Source of the DNA: a virus
DNA: 64,000 nt
Virus record (IMG/VR): IMGVR_UViG_3300042508_000221
Coordinates: 10,091 to 74,090 of that record
Reading direction: 5' to 3' (one strand)
The notes beneath the pieces are model-generated. The model ran no database searches. It saw only the letters and a program-made list of their open reading frames with translations, and was not told the origin of the DNA. The translations under genes and the position numbers were made by a program. Positions 19,812-28,706 of this stretch are shown in pieces (within the stretch, counting starts at the first letter, position 1; every line of letters begins with the position of its first letter).

Positions 19812-21199
19812 TGCCTGAACCTGTGAAACCAAAAAGAAGCTACACGGCTGGCGTCGTGCCAACGGCGGCGGAGCTACAGTCGCACGAATGCTCTATCAAC
19901 TGGGCAGACCGCGTTCTGTTCGTGAAGTCGGCGGACGGCGCTATTCAGTCAGTGACACTCGGTGGCGGCAGCGGCACTCTGCCAACTGCATCAGACACGG
20001 TGCTTGGCGGCATCAAGGTTGGCAGCGGGTTGTCGATCTCGTCTGGCGTGTTGTCTGCAACTGGCGGCAGCGGCACAATCGACGGCGGCGTCTACGCCAA
20101 CATCGCGACCATCACAATCTCGTCGCAGCCGTCGAATCAGACGGCTGGCGTGAACGGGGCGACGTTCACTGTCACGGCGTCTGTGACCGAGAACGCCACG
20201 CTGGCGTACCAGTGGCAGCGGCAGGCGGGCGGTGCAGGGTCGTGGGCGAATGTCGGCACAAATTCGGCGAGTCTCAGCCTCACGAACCTCACGACGCAAT
20301 CGAACGACGGCGACAAGTATCGCGTCGTTCTTACCGCGACGGGCGGTGCCGAGAGCGTGACGAGCAACGCCGCAACGCTTACCGTGCCAGCCGTGGCGGT
20401 CGTGGACTACCTCGTTGTCGCGGGAGGTGGCAGCGGGTCAAGGGACTGGAGCGGCGGCGGCGGTGCGGGTGGTATGCTGACCGGCACGACAACCTTTGGA
20501 GTTGGCTCGACAACCACGGTCACGGTCGGCGCGGGCGCGGCTGGGGCCACCGGAAATTATGGCCGTGGCAACTCGGGGAACGCCTCGTCTCTCGGCTCTC
20601 TGTCGGCCGTTGGCGGCGGTTCCGGCGGTGACAGCGATAATTGGGACTCATCCGGCCTGCGTCAAGCTGGAGGAAGCGGCGGATCGGGCGGCGGCGGCGG
20701 TCGCAGTCCGAACTCGTTTTCCGACCCGGTCAACACTGCGTTTGGCGGGCTCGGCACGGCGAACCAAGGCAATAGCGGCGGCGAAGGCACCTATGCACTG
20801 GCAGGAGGGTCTGGGGGCAGGGGCGGCGGCGGCGGCGGCGCTGGCGCTGCCGGCGGCAGTGGCGCTGCTGGCGGCAACGGCGGCAGCGGCCTCGCGTGGC
20901 TCGACGGTGTTACCTACGCGGGCGGCGGCGGTGGAGGAACTGACGGAGCCGGCGGTTCGGGCGGCGGTGGAGGCGCGGCGGGCGCGGCCACGGGCCAGCC
21001 CGGTTCGGCGAACACGGGCGGCGGCGGCAGCGGCTCGGCCATGCCGCACTTCAGCGTGCCCAGCGCCGGCGGCGGCTCTGGCGTTGTCATCATCCGCACA
21101 ACAGCCACCGCAGCGTCCACGACAGGCTCGCCGACCGTGACGCAGTCCGGTGGATACAACTTCTACAAGTTCACGGGCAGCGGGAGCATCACGTTCTAG
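19808..21199 (+). CDS. Glycine-rich fibre protein with Ig-like domain
   Basis: KPKRSYTAG N-domain, LPTAS...LGGIKVG, YQWQ Ig domain, DYLVVAGGG...GGSGVVIIR. Confidence 0.8.
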   Translation: MMPEPVKPKRSYTAGVVPTAAELQSHECSINWADRVLFVKSADGAIQSVTLGGGSGTLPTASDTVLGGIKVGSGLSISSGVLSATGGSGTIDGGVYANIATITISSQPSNQTAGVNGATFTVTASVTENATLAYQWQRQAGGAGSWANVGTNSASLSLTNLTTQSNDGDKYRVVLTATGGAESVTSNAATLTVPAVAVVDYLVVAGGGSGSRDWSGGGGAGGMLTGTTTFGVGSTTTVTVGAGAAGATGNYGRGNSGNASSLGSLSAVGGGSGGDSDNWDSSGLRQAGGSGGSGGGGGRSPNSFSDPVNTAFGGLGTANQGNSGGEGTYALAGGSGGRGGGGGGAGAAGGSGAAGGNGGSGLAWLDGVTYAGGGGGGTDGAGGSGGGGGAAGAATGQPGSANTGGGGSGSAMPHFSVPSAGGGSGVVIIRTTATAASTTGSPTVTQSGGYNFYKFTGSGSITF

Positions 21200-21201
21200 G
21201 C

Positions 21202-21552
21202 ATGGCACACTTCGCGCAAATCAACGAAGACAACGTCGTGACTCAGGTCATCGTTGTTAATAACAGCGAACTCCTCGAAGACGGCGTCGAAATCGAGGCC
21301 AAGGGGATTGCTTTCTGCAAGTCTCTGATCGACGGGGATTGGGTGCAGACCAGCTATAACGGAAGTATGCGGAAGCAGTTCGCGGGAGTCGGCTACAAGT
21401 ACGACCAGCAGGCGGACGTGTTTGTAACGCCGAGGCCGTACCCTTCGTGGTCGCTGGACGCGAACCACGACTGGCAACCCCCTGTCGCAATGCCGACCGA
21501 TGGTGGCAGCTACGGATGGAACGAAGAAACACAGTCGTGGGTTAGCCGATGA
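21202..21552 (+). CDS. Small fibre-associated protein, copy 1
   Basis: MAHFAQI.E.NVV.QVIVV, WVQTSYN, FAGVGY.YD, P.PYPSW. Confidence 0.7.
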   Translation: MAHFAQINEDNVVTQVIVVNNSELLEDGVEIEAKGIAFCKSLIDGDWVQTSYNGSMRKQFAGVGYKYDQQADVFVTPRPYPSWSLDANHDWQPPVAMPTDGGSYGWNEETQSWVSR

Positions 21553-23003
21553 GCGACATTATCAGGCTGAAGCGGACTGCCGTTCAGGGCGTTGCACCAA
21601 CGTCGCTTGATTTTGGCGAGCTTGCGCTCAACTACCACTCGTCCGGCGGGAAGCTGTATTACAAGAACTCAGCGGGCACGATCGTAGAGTTCACTCTCGC
21701 CTCCGGTGCCACCGAGATTTTCGAGGCAACCACAACCGCAGGCTTTCCCGCCACTGGTTCGGCGGGCGTGCTGTATGTAAGTCGTGATGCCTCTCGCGTG
21801 TTTCGCTGGGATTCGTCGGGCGTGTACATCGAGATCGGCACGGCGGGTGGTGGTGGTGGTGGCAATGGCGAGGACGCGGTGCTTCGTGCGTTGTTCGTGC
21901 CGCCTGCGCCGACAAGCGTCACGGCGGGCGGATTCGACGGTCAGGCCGTAGTGCAGTGGACTGCGCCAACGGTTCTTTCGCAGACTCCGATCACAGACTA
22001 CACGTTGCAGTTCCGTCAGGGCAGCGGCGATTGGACAACCGTCACGCGATCTGCCTCGACGGCAGCGAGCGCGACGGTGACGGGGCTTCAAAACGGCTCT
22101 GCCTACACCTTCAGAGTCGCAGCGGTGAACGGCGTGGGCACTGGTGCTTATTCGGCGGCGAGTAGTTCCGTGACGCCCAATTCCGGCGTGGCCGTAACCT
22201 ACTTGCTCGTCGGCGGTGGCGGCGGTGGTGGTGATGGTCGCGGTGGCGGTGGCGGTGCTGGTGGATACTTGTACGGATCAGGGATTGCCGCCCTCGCCAG
22301 TTCGCTGTCGGTTGTTGTCGGCGCTGGTGGCAGCAACAGCACGAACGGCGAAAACTCCACTTTCGCGCTTTCGTCGGGGTCGCTGACTGCCTTCGGTGGG
22401 GGCGGCGGCGCGGACGGCCTTAAGGGGCTGTTTACCGGTTCTGGCGAGGCGGGTGGTTCTGGCGGCTCCGGCGGCGGCGGCAGCGGATATCCGCCTGTCG
22501 GCGATGGCGGCAGCGGCAGTCAAGGCTACGCCGGCGGTAGCGGCTATGGCTTAGGGGAGCCATACAACGGCGGCAGCGGCGGTGGCGCAGGCGGCGCTGG
22601 CAGTACCGGCCACACGGCACCGGGCGGTCCCGGCAGGAGTAACGAGTCTGACTTCCTTGCTGCCGCTAACGCCGGCGTAGATGTAAGCGGAACAAGATAC
22701 ATCGCTGCTGGCGGCTCTGGTGGCTCTTACGGGCCGACACCGGGCAGCGGTGGCGTCGGTGGCGGCGGCGCAGGTGGCAACTCAGGGGCACAAGGCAGCA
22801 GCGGCGCTGCGTTCACTGGCTCTGGCGGCGGCGGCGGCGGCAACGGAGCAAACGGCGGTTATGGCGGCTCTGGCGTGGTGATCCTGCGAATCCCAACCAC
22901 GCACACCGCGACAACCACAGGATCGCCTGACATTTATGTGACCGGCGGATACCGCTATTACAAGTTCACGCAAAACGGAACCATTCAATTCTCCGTCGCA
23001 TGA
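21549..23003 (+). CDS. Glycine-rich fibre protein with FN3 domain
   Basis: IRLKRT..GELALN N-domain; PPAPT..W..P..YTFRVAAVN.VG.G FN3; Gly-rich C-domain. Confidence 0.8.
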   Translation: MSDIIRLKRTAVQGVAPTSLDFGELALNYHSSGGKLYYKNSAGTIVEFTLASGATEIFEATTTAGFPATGSAGVLYVSRDASRVFRWDSSGVYIEIGTAGGGGGGNGEDAVLRALFVPPAPTSVTAGGFDGQAVVQWTAPTVLSQTPITDYTLQFRQGSGDWTTVTRSASTAASATVTGLQNGSAYTFRVAAVNGVGTGAYSAASSSVTPNSGVAVTYLLVGGGGGGGDGRGGGGGAGGYLYGSGIAALASSLSVVVGAGGSNSTNGENSTFALSSGSLTAFGGGGGADGLKGLFTGSGEAGGSGGSGGGGSGYPPVGDGGSGSQGYAGGSGYGLGEPYNGGSGGGAGGAGSTGHTAPGGPGRSNESDFLAAANAGVDVSGTRYIAAGGSGGSYGPTPGSGGVGGGGAGGNSGAQGSSGAAFTGSGGGGGGNGANGGYGGSGVVILRIPTTHTATTTGSPDIYVTGGYRYYKFTQNGTIQFSVA

Positions 23004-23032
23004 GAGACTCCATCTACCTCGGCGTAGCTTGA
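23000..23032 (+). pseudogene. Truncated remnant of the small membrane gene at 24416
   Basis: MRDSIYLGVA* versus VRDSIYLAAIL; shared GACTCCATCTACCTCG; both overlap the upstream stop. Confidence 0.55.
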
Positions 23033-23047
23033 TATAAAGGACTGCAC

Positions 23048-24061
23048 ATGCCATTCAACTTCCCCACAAGTAACCTCACCGTTGGACAGGTGTCGATCCA
23101 AAACGGCAGGTCGTACACCTACGCTGGCGGCTCGGTTTGGGAACTCACCGCGACCGGTGGCTCGGGCCTGTCATGGTCAAGCGCGCCAGCGTCTGCGACG
23201 GCGACGGGCGTGGCGGGCGAGATCGCGTATGACGGCGACAACCTCTGGGTGGCGACGGCTGCGAATACGTGGAAGCGGACGCCTCTCACTACTCCTGTGA
23301 ATCTCAGCTATCTGGTGGTCGGCGGCGGCGGCGGCGGCGGGCGCTATTTTTCTGGCGGCGGTGGTGCTGGCGGGTATCGGTCTGGCACGACAACCATCAC
23401 CGCAGGGACCGCATACGCGGTCGTGGTTGGCGGCGGTGGTGCTGCCCTCACGGCATCGCAGGTCGGCATCGGCTCCTCGGGCAGTGCCAGTTCATTCGCT
23501 GGCATAGAGTCCGCAGGCGGCGGCTACGGTGCGGGCAGCGACAGCGCGGGCGTGGTTGGCGGCTCGGGAGGCTCTGGTGGCGGCGGTGGTGGCGCGGGGT
23601 CGGCGGCTGGTGGTGCTGGCAACACACCTGCGACCTCGCCTTCGCAGGGTAACAACGGCGGCGCGACGACTTACGGCGGCGCAGGCGGCGGCGGCGCGGG
23701 TGGTGTCGGGATTGCCACGGCCAGCGGCTCGACGGGTGGTAGTGGTGCCTCCTCAACAATCACCGGCACCGCAGTAGTGCGTGCAGGCGGCGGCGGCGGC
23801 AGCGCACCGACGAGCGGGTCGGGTTCCGGCGGTGGCGGAAATGGCGCGACCGATAGCGTGGCTGGCACCAGCGGCGCAACGAACACCGGCTCGGGAGGCG
23901 GCGGCGGATCGTATCCGCAGCAGGGCGGCTCGGGCGGCTCGGGCGTTGTCATCATTCGCGCCCCCGTTGCAGCAGCTTCGACCACCGGATCGCCAACCGT
24001 CTCCACGGTCGCAGGCGAGACGGTCTATGTGTTCACGTCCACCGGGAGTATCACTTTTTAA
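23048..24061 (+). CDS. Glycine-rich fibre/adhesin protein
   Basis: PFNFP..., GEIAYDGDNLWV....WKR, YLVVGGGG...GGSGVVIIR. Confidence 0.8.
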   Translation: MPFNFPTSNLTVGQVSIQNGRSYTYAGGSVWELTATGGSGLSWSSAPASATATGVAGEIAYDGDNLWVATAANTWKRTPLTTPVNLSYLVVGGGGGGGRYFSGGGGAGGYRSGTTTITAGTAYAVVVGGGGAALTASQVGIGSSGSASSFAGIESAGGGYGAGSDSAGVVGGSGGSGGGGGGAGSAAGGAGNTPATSPSQGNNGGATTYGGAGGGGAGGVGIATASGSTGGSGASSTITGTAVVRAGGGGGSAPTSGSGSGGGGNGATDSVAGTSGATNTGSGGGGGSYPQQGGSGGSGVVIIRAPVAAASTTGSPTVSTVAGETVYVFTSTGSITF

Positions 24062-24063
24062 TC

Positions 24064-24423
24064 ATGGCACACTTTGCACAACTTGACGAAAACAACGTCG
24101 TCACGCAGGTGATCGTTGTCGCCAACGCGGAACTGCTTGACAACGGCGTGGAGAGCGAGGCCAAGGGGGTCGCGTTCTGCCACTCGCTGTTCGGCGGCAA
24201 ATGGCGGCAGACGAGCTACAGTGGCGGGTTTCGCGGGCGATTCGCGGGCATTGGCTACCGCTACGACGCGGATGCGGAAGTGTTTATCTCGCCGCAGCCA
24301 TTCCCCTCATGGACGCTAGATGCCAGCCATGACTGGCAACCGCCGACACCGATGCCAGCCGATGACAAGCTGTATCGCTGGGATGAGCCGACGCTGGCGT
24401 GGGTGGAGGTTCCCGGTGCGTGA
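24064..24423 (+). CDS. Small fibre-associated protein, copy 2
   Basis: Clear paralogue of 21202..21552. Confidence 0.7.
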   Translation: MAHFAQLDENNVVTQVIVVANAELLDNGVESEAKGVAFCHSLFGGKWRQTSYSGGFRGRFAGIGYRYDADAEVFISPQPFPSWTLDASHDWQPPTPMPADDKLYRWDEPTLAWVEVPGA

Positions 24424-24544
24424 CTCCATCTACCTCGCCGCGATCCTAACAGCCGCAGCGTCCGCGCTGCTGCTCTCGGCTCGCGCGGGGCAAACAGCGA
24501 TGCGGTGGGTGATTGGCAAGGCGATACAAAACACTCTCGGGTAA
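24416..24544 (+). CDS. Small membrane protein
   Basis: GTG start, hydrophobic IYLAAILTAAASALLL. Confidence 0.45.
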   Translation: MRDSIYLAAILTAAASALLLSARAGQTAMRWVIGKAIQNTLG

Positions 24545-24547
24545 CAC

Positions 24548-24874
24548 ATGAGCAACACCTACTCAGTCCTGCCGGGGTCGATGAATCTCGCTTTCAAGAA
24601 GGCCGGAGACTTCGCCGCCCTCATCGACTTCGACGGCACCTCGCTCGTCGGGTACACCGCCACGGCGACCGTGACGAGCCTCGTCACCGGAGCGGCCGTC
24701 GTGCCGTTCACGACGAGCGTGGCTGACGCCTCGGCCGGTCAGGTCAACATCTCGCTGACCGACACGCAGACCGCCGCCCTGCCCGCCGGAACCTACGGCT
24801 GGCGGCTCGACTGGACGGCACCGGGCAGCGTGCAGAGGACGGCGCTGCAAGGCACCGTGGAGGTCTACGCATGA
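24548..24874 (+). CDS. BppU-N-like anchor protein, copy 2
   Basis: Paralogous to 15508..15873 (LPG..., SLT.TQT, YGWRLDWTAPG..RT.LQG.V). Confidence 0.55.
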   Translation: MSNTYSVLPGSMNLAFKKAGDFAALIDFDGTSLVGYTATATVTSLVTGAAVVPFTTSVADASAGQVNISLTDTQTAALPAGTYGWRLDWTAPGSVQRTALQGTVEVYA

Positions 24875-25146
24875 GCGCGATCACGGCAACAGTTGTCTCG
24901 CAGCCGATCACGGCGAGCGTGAGCAACGCGGGCGGCATCTCCGCGAACGTCGGGGCATCGTCGGTGAGCGTCACGGCAGGCGGCGGCATCGGGCCGCAGG
25001 GGCCAGCGGGAACGGACGGCGGGCTGCTGGAGCAACTCAGCAACGTGCAGATCAGCGGCGCGGTGGACGGCGACGTGCTGCGGTACTCAGCGAACAAGTG
25101 GAAGAACTATCCCGACGCCGACATCGTAGACGGCGGCAATTGGTAA
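24871..25146 (+). CDS. Short fibre adaptor-like protein
   Basis: GPQGPAG, L.QLSNVQI, DGDVLRY, terminal DGG motif. Confidence 0.55.
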   Translation: MSAITATVVSQPITASVSNAGGISANVGASSVSVTAGGGIGPQGPAGTDGGLLEQLSNVQISGAVDGDVLRYSANKWKNYPDADIVDGGNW

Positions 25147-25167
25147 CGCACAACTAGGAGGTGCAAC

Positions 25168-25869
25168 GTGGCAAATACTCTCAGGATTCGTCGAAGGGCA
25201 CTGGGCGGCGCGAGCGGGGCACCGTCCTCGCTGGCACAGAGTGAGCTTGCATGGTCGGAGGTCGATCAGAGCCTTTTTATTGGTCAAGGCTCGGGCGGCT
25301 CCGCGACTGTCATCTGCATCGGCGGGCCGGGCACCTACGCAACGAAGTCTTATGTCACCTCGGCTGTCGCTGCCGTTGACGTGTCGAGCCAGCTTGCCAA
25401 CTACCTGACCGCCGCGAACGCTGCATCGACCTACCTGACGATCTCGTCCGCGAGCAGCACCTACCTGACGCAGTCGAGCGCGAGCAGCACCTATGCGCCG
25501 CTGGCGTCTCCGACGTTCACGGGCACGCCCGCCTCAGTGACGCCGACGAGCGGAGACAACTCGACCAAGATTGCCACGACGGCGTTCGTGTCTGCGGCAG
25601 TGGCGGCACTCGTGAACGGGGCACCGGAAGCCCTCAACACCTTGGCGGAACTCAGCGCAGCGTTGAACTCGGATGCCTCGTTCTCCACGACCGTCTCGGC
25701 CAGCATCGGCGGCAAGCTCGCCAAGGCGTCTAACCTGAGTGACTTGGCTGACGTTGCCACCGCGAGGTCAAACCTCGGCCTCGGCGGCATCGCCACACAG
25801 GCGGCGAACAACGTCAATCTGACCGGCGGCTTACTAGACAACTTCGACATCTCAGGCGGCACCTTTTAA
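25168..25869 (+). CDS. Tail fibre protein (gpH-like repeats)
   Basis: APLASPTFTGTP, IATTAFV, APEALNTLAEL, NLSDL...ARSNLGLG. Confidence 0.75.
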   Translation: MANTLRIRRRALGGASGAPSSLAQSELAWSEVDQSLFIGQGSGGSATVICIGGPGTYATKSYVTSAVAAVDVSSQLANYLTAANAASTYLTISSASSTYLTQSSASSTYAPLASPTFTGTPASVTPTSGDNSTKIATTAFVSAAVAALVNGAPEALNTLAELSAALNSDASFSTTVSASIGGKLAKASNLSDLADVATARSNLGLGGIATQAANNVNLTGGLLDNFDISGGTF

Positions 25870-25872
25870 GCG

Positions 25873-26397
25873 ATGGCGAACACCGTCCGCATCCTCCGAA
25901 GCACGACCGCCGGAAATACACCGGCATCGCTCGTCAGCGGCCAGATCGCTGTCAACGAGGCGGATGGACGCTTGTTCTATCGGGCCAGCAACGGCACGGT
26001 CACGACGTTTTCTTCGATTGCTTCGTTTGCCACGACGGCCAGTTTCCCCGCCGCAGGGTCGAGCAGCGTCCTGTATCTGGCGTCCGACACGTCGAAACTC
26101 CATCAATGGACAGGCAGCGTCTATGTAGAGATTGGCGTCTCTGGTGGCAGTAGCGGAGGCGGCGGATCAACGACCGATGCCAGCTTGCTGACCAGCGGCA
26201 CGCTGGACGACGCGCGTCTCAGTGCGACGGTGACGACCGCGTTGACCAACGCTCGCACGCCAACCGGGGCGGCTGGTGGCGACCTAACGGGCACCTACCC
26301 AAATCCGACTATCGCCGCCGGTGCCGTGACTGAGGCCGACCTCGCCAACGCCGTCCGCAATTCACTGTTTCATCCATTCCTCTTGATGGGAGGCTGA
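25873..26397 (+). CDS. Tail fibre-related protein
   Basis: ILRSTTAG.TP..GQIAVNEADG N-domain; GAAGGDLTGTYPNP; FHPFLLMG terminus. Confidence 0.7.
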   Translation: MANTVRILRSTTAGNTPASLVSGQIAVNEADGRLFYRASNGTVTTFSSIASFATTASFPAAGSSSVLYLASDTSKLHQWTGSVYVEIGVSGGSSGGGGSTTDASLLTSGTLDDARLSATVTTALTNARTPTGAAGGDLTGTYPNPTIAAGAVTEADLANAVRNSLFHPFLLMGG

Positions 26398-26398
26398 C

Positions 26399-26725
26399 AT
26401 GCCGCAGGCACATAAAGTTTTGGGGCAGTCCAACCCATCGGCCACAACGCTGACCACGCTATACACCGTCCCGTCCTCCACGCAGGCAATCGCATCCACG
26501 TTGTCGGTATGCAATCTTGGCGTGTCAACGACGTTCCGCGTGGCTGTTCGTCCTGCGGGTGCCACGCTGGCGAATCAGCATTACATCGTCTACGACGCCT
26601 CGGTGAACGCGAACGATTCTTTCTACTTGACGCTCGGCATCTCGCTTGCCGCTACCGATGTTGTGTCGGTTTTTGCGGGCACGGCCAATATCTCGTTCTC
26701 GTTGTTTGGCGTGGAGATAACGTGA
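26399..26725 (+). CDS. Small virion-associated beta protein
   Basis: KVLGQS.P.ATT.T.LYTVP...FGVEIT. Confidence 0.65.
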   Translation: MPQAHKVLGQSNPSATTLTTLYTVPSSTQAIASTLSVCNLGVSTTFRVAVRPAGATLANQHYIVYDASVNANDSFYLTLGISLAATDVVSVFAGTANISFSLFGVEIT

Positions 26726-28134
26726 CCGTCACTTCCGCATCTCGCCCGCGACTGAGCAACAACCGCAGCCTGTGGACCACGGCTTCGCCCGTCACGCCGT
26801 GGGTGCGGCCGTCCGAATGGCTATCTCTACCAGACGTGACTGGGCAGCAGCGATTTGCTGGCTTACATCGAATTGACGTTGATGGCAATTTCGCTGCGAT
26901 CACTGCGGCTGGCGCGTACACCGTGGACTGGGGCGACGGCACAACAACCAATCACGCCACCGGCACAACGGCTCAAAAGCAGTACGACTATGCGACGATC
27001 AGCAGCACTGGAGAATCGACGCTCGGCTACAGGCAGGTGATCATTCAAGTCTATCCGCAGAGCGGACAAAACTTGACAAGCGTGAATCTCTCCGTCCGAC
27101 ACAGCGCGACAGCCAACAACTATTCTAGCGGCTGGTTGGATGTTGTGGTCAATGGCAACTCCATCGCGACGTTGGTATTTGGCGGAGCTAATGTGGCCGC
27201 CCGGTATCTCCAGCAGGCCACGGTGCTGCAAAATGCACTAACGTCCACAGCAAGTATGTTTCAGAACTGCCATGTGCTTCAGTCGGTGCCGCTGTTCAAC
27301 ACAGCCTCTGTAACAACGATGACAAGCATGTTCCACGGCTGTCACTCCCTTCAGACCGTGCCGCTGTTCAACACAGCGCTGGTGACCAACATGTCCAATA
27401 TGTTCTCCTACTGTCACTCCCTTCAGACCGCGCCGCTGTTTAACACCGCCGCAGCGACGAACATCTCCGGTATGTTCTCAAACTGTTATTCCCTTCAGTC
27501 GGTGCCGCTGTTTAATACCGCCGCAGCGACGAACACCTCCAGTATGTTCGCAAACTGTTATTCCCTTCAGACCGTGCCGCTATTCAATACGGCACTGGTG
27601 ACCAACATGTCCGCTATGTTTCAAAACTGCCCATCGCTTCAATCTATTCCGCTATTCAATACGGCGATGGTGACCTTCATGTCCAATATGTTTCAAAACT
27701 GCCAATCGCTTCAAGCTATTCCGCTATTCAATACTGCATCTGCTACTAGCATGGATCGTATGTTTAGCGGATGCTCGGGGCTTGTGACGGTTCCGCAACT
27801 CAATACGTCGGCGTGCGTAAATGCTTTCCAGATGTTTAACCAAGCCTTTTCTTTGGCTTCTTTGCCAGCGCTAAACCTGCCGGCTGTGTCATTAGCCGCT
27901 AACATAAGTGGATTTGTATCCCAATGCCCTTCGCTTGCATCCGTCGCTTGCACCGGCATCAACCAGACGGTGTCGTTTGCGTCCTGCAAACTCTCTGCGG
28001 CACAGATCAACGCAATCTTCACCAACCTCTCGTCATCCGGCTCTGGCAAGACGATCACGGTCGCTGGAAACTACGGTGCCGCGACCTGCACTCCATCTAT
28101 TGCCACCGCCAAGGGATGGACGGTGACGACATGA
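26722..28134 (+). CDS. BspA/DUF285-type leucine-rich repeat protein with PKD-like segment
   Basis: YTVDWGDG; about nine 24-aa (72-bp) MF.NC.SLQ.VPLFNT repeats at ~27256-27900. Confidence 0.8.
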   Translation: MTVTSASRPRLSNNRSLWTTASPVTPWVRPSEWLSLPDVTGQQRFAGLHRIDVDGNFAAITAAGAYTVDWGDGTTTNHATGTTAQKQYDYATISSTGESTLGYRQVIIQVYPQSGQNLTSVNLSVRHSATANNYSSGWLDVVVNGNSIATLVFGGANVAARYLQQATVLQNALTSTASMFQNCHVLQSVPLFNTASVTTMTSMFHGCHSLQTVPLFNTALVTNMSNMFSYCHSLQTAPLFNTAAATNISGMFSNCYSLQSVPLFNTAAATNTSSMFANCYSLQTVPLFNTALVTNMSAMFQNCPSLQSIPLFNTAMVTFMSNMFQNCQSLQAIPLFNTASATSMDRMFSGCSGLVTVPQLNTSACVNAFQMFNQAFSLASLPALNLPAVSLAANISGFVSQCPSLASVACTGINQTVSFASCKLSAAQINAIFTNLSSSGSGKTITVAGNYGAATCTPSIATAKGWTVTT

Positions 28135-28319
28135 GCGAAGAGGCAGGGTTCTACAAGCGCGACCCAGATTCGGGCGAGTTGTTGTTTGCGCCGAATGGTG
28201 TCTACGGGCCGGGGTTTACGTTGCTCGCACCGCAGCGCGCGGAATACAGCTACCCAGTGGATGGCTGGGGGTGGTTTGAAACCCGCGAAGAGGCGACGAG
28301 GGCGTGGCGTGAAGGGTGA
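28131..28319 (+). CDS. Small hypothetical protein
   Basis: GFYK....LLFAPN.V, Y.YPVDGW.WF; ATGA coupling. Confidence 0.6.
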   Translation: MSEEAGFYKRDPDSGELLFAPNGVYGPGFTLLAPQRAEYSYPVDGWGWFETREEATRAWREG

Positions 28320-28467
28320 GCCACTCTCCCGTGAATACTTGCTCGCCAGAGGAAAATGCTGCGGCATGAGCTGCGTGAACTGCCCGTATGGAGATGAGCA
28401 GTGCTCAATTGGCTGCGAAGACAAACCGACGACCTCTTCGGTCGCTCAGGCGCATGGGCCAGGGTGA
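28309..28467 (+). CDS. Small Cys-rich protein (DUF5522-like)
   Basis: YLLARGKCCGMSCVNCPY. Confidence 0.55.
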   Translation: MKGEPLSREYLLARGKCCGMSCVNCPYGDEQCSIGCEDKPTTSSVAQAHGPG

Positions 28468-28706
28468 GGCGGGAGCATCTATCCAGGGAGCCGGCCTGCA
28501 TCGCGTGCGGGCGCGACGATGAGCTGGAGGTGCATCACATCCAGCCGTACCACGCAGACCCGGCGCTCGAGCTTGATCCCGGCAACCTCGCGACCATGTG
28601 CCGAGACTGCCACTACTCCGTCGCGCACGCCTACGACTGGAGGTCGTGGAGGCCCGACGTGCGGAGGATTGCCGAGGCTATCAAGACCGCTGAAGTGAAA
28701 CGCTAG
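28401..28706 (+). CDS. HNH endonuclease
   Basis: CIACG, EVHHI.P, NLATMCRDCH. Confidence 0.8.
   Translation: MLNWLRRQTDDLFGRSGAWARVRREHLSREPACIACGRDDELEVHHIQPYHADPALELDPGNLATMCRDCHYSVAHAYDWRSWRPDVRRIAEAIKTAEVKR

Noticed and set aside
15870-28134. Diversity-generating retroelement acting on fibres
   Set aside because: No reverse transcriptase and no repeat pair differing only at adenines seen
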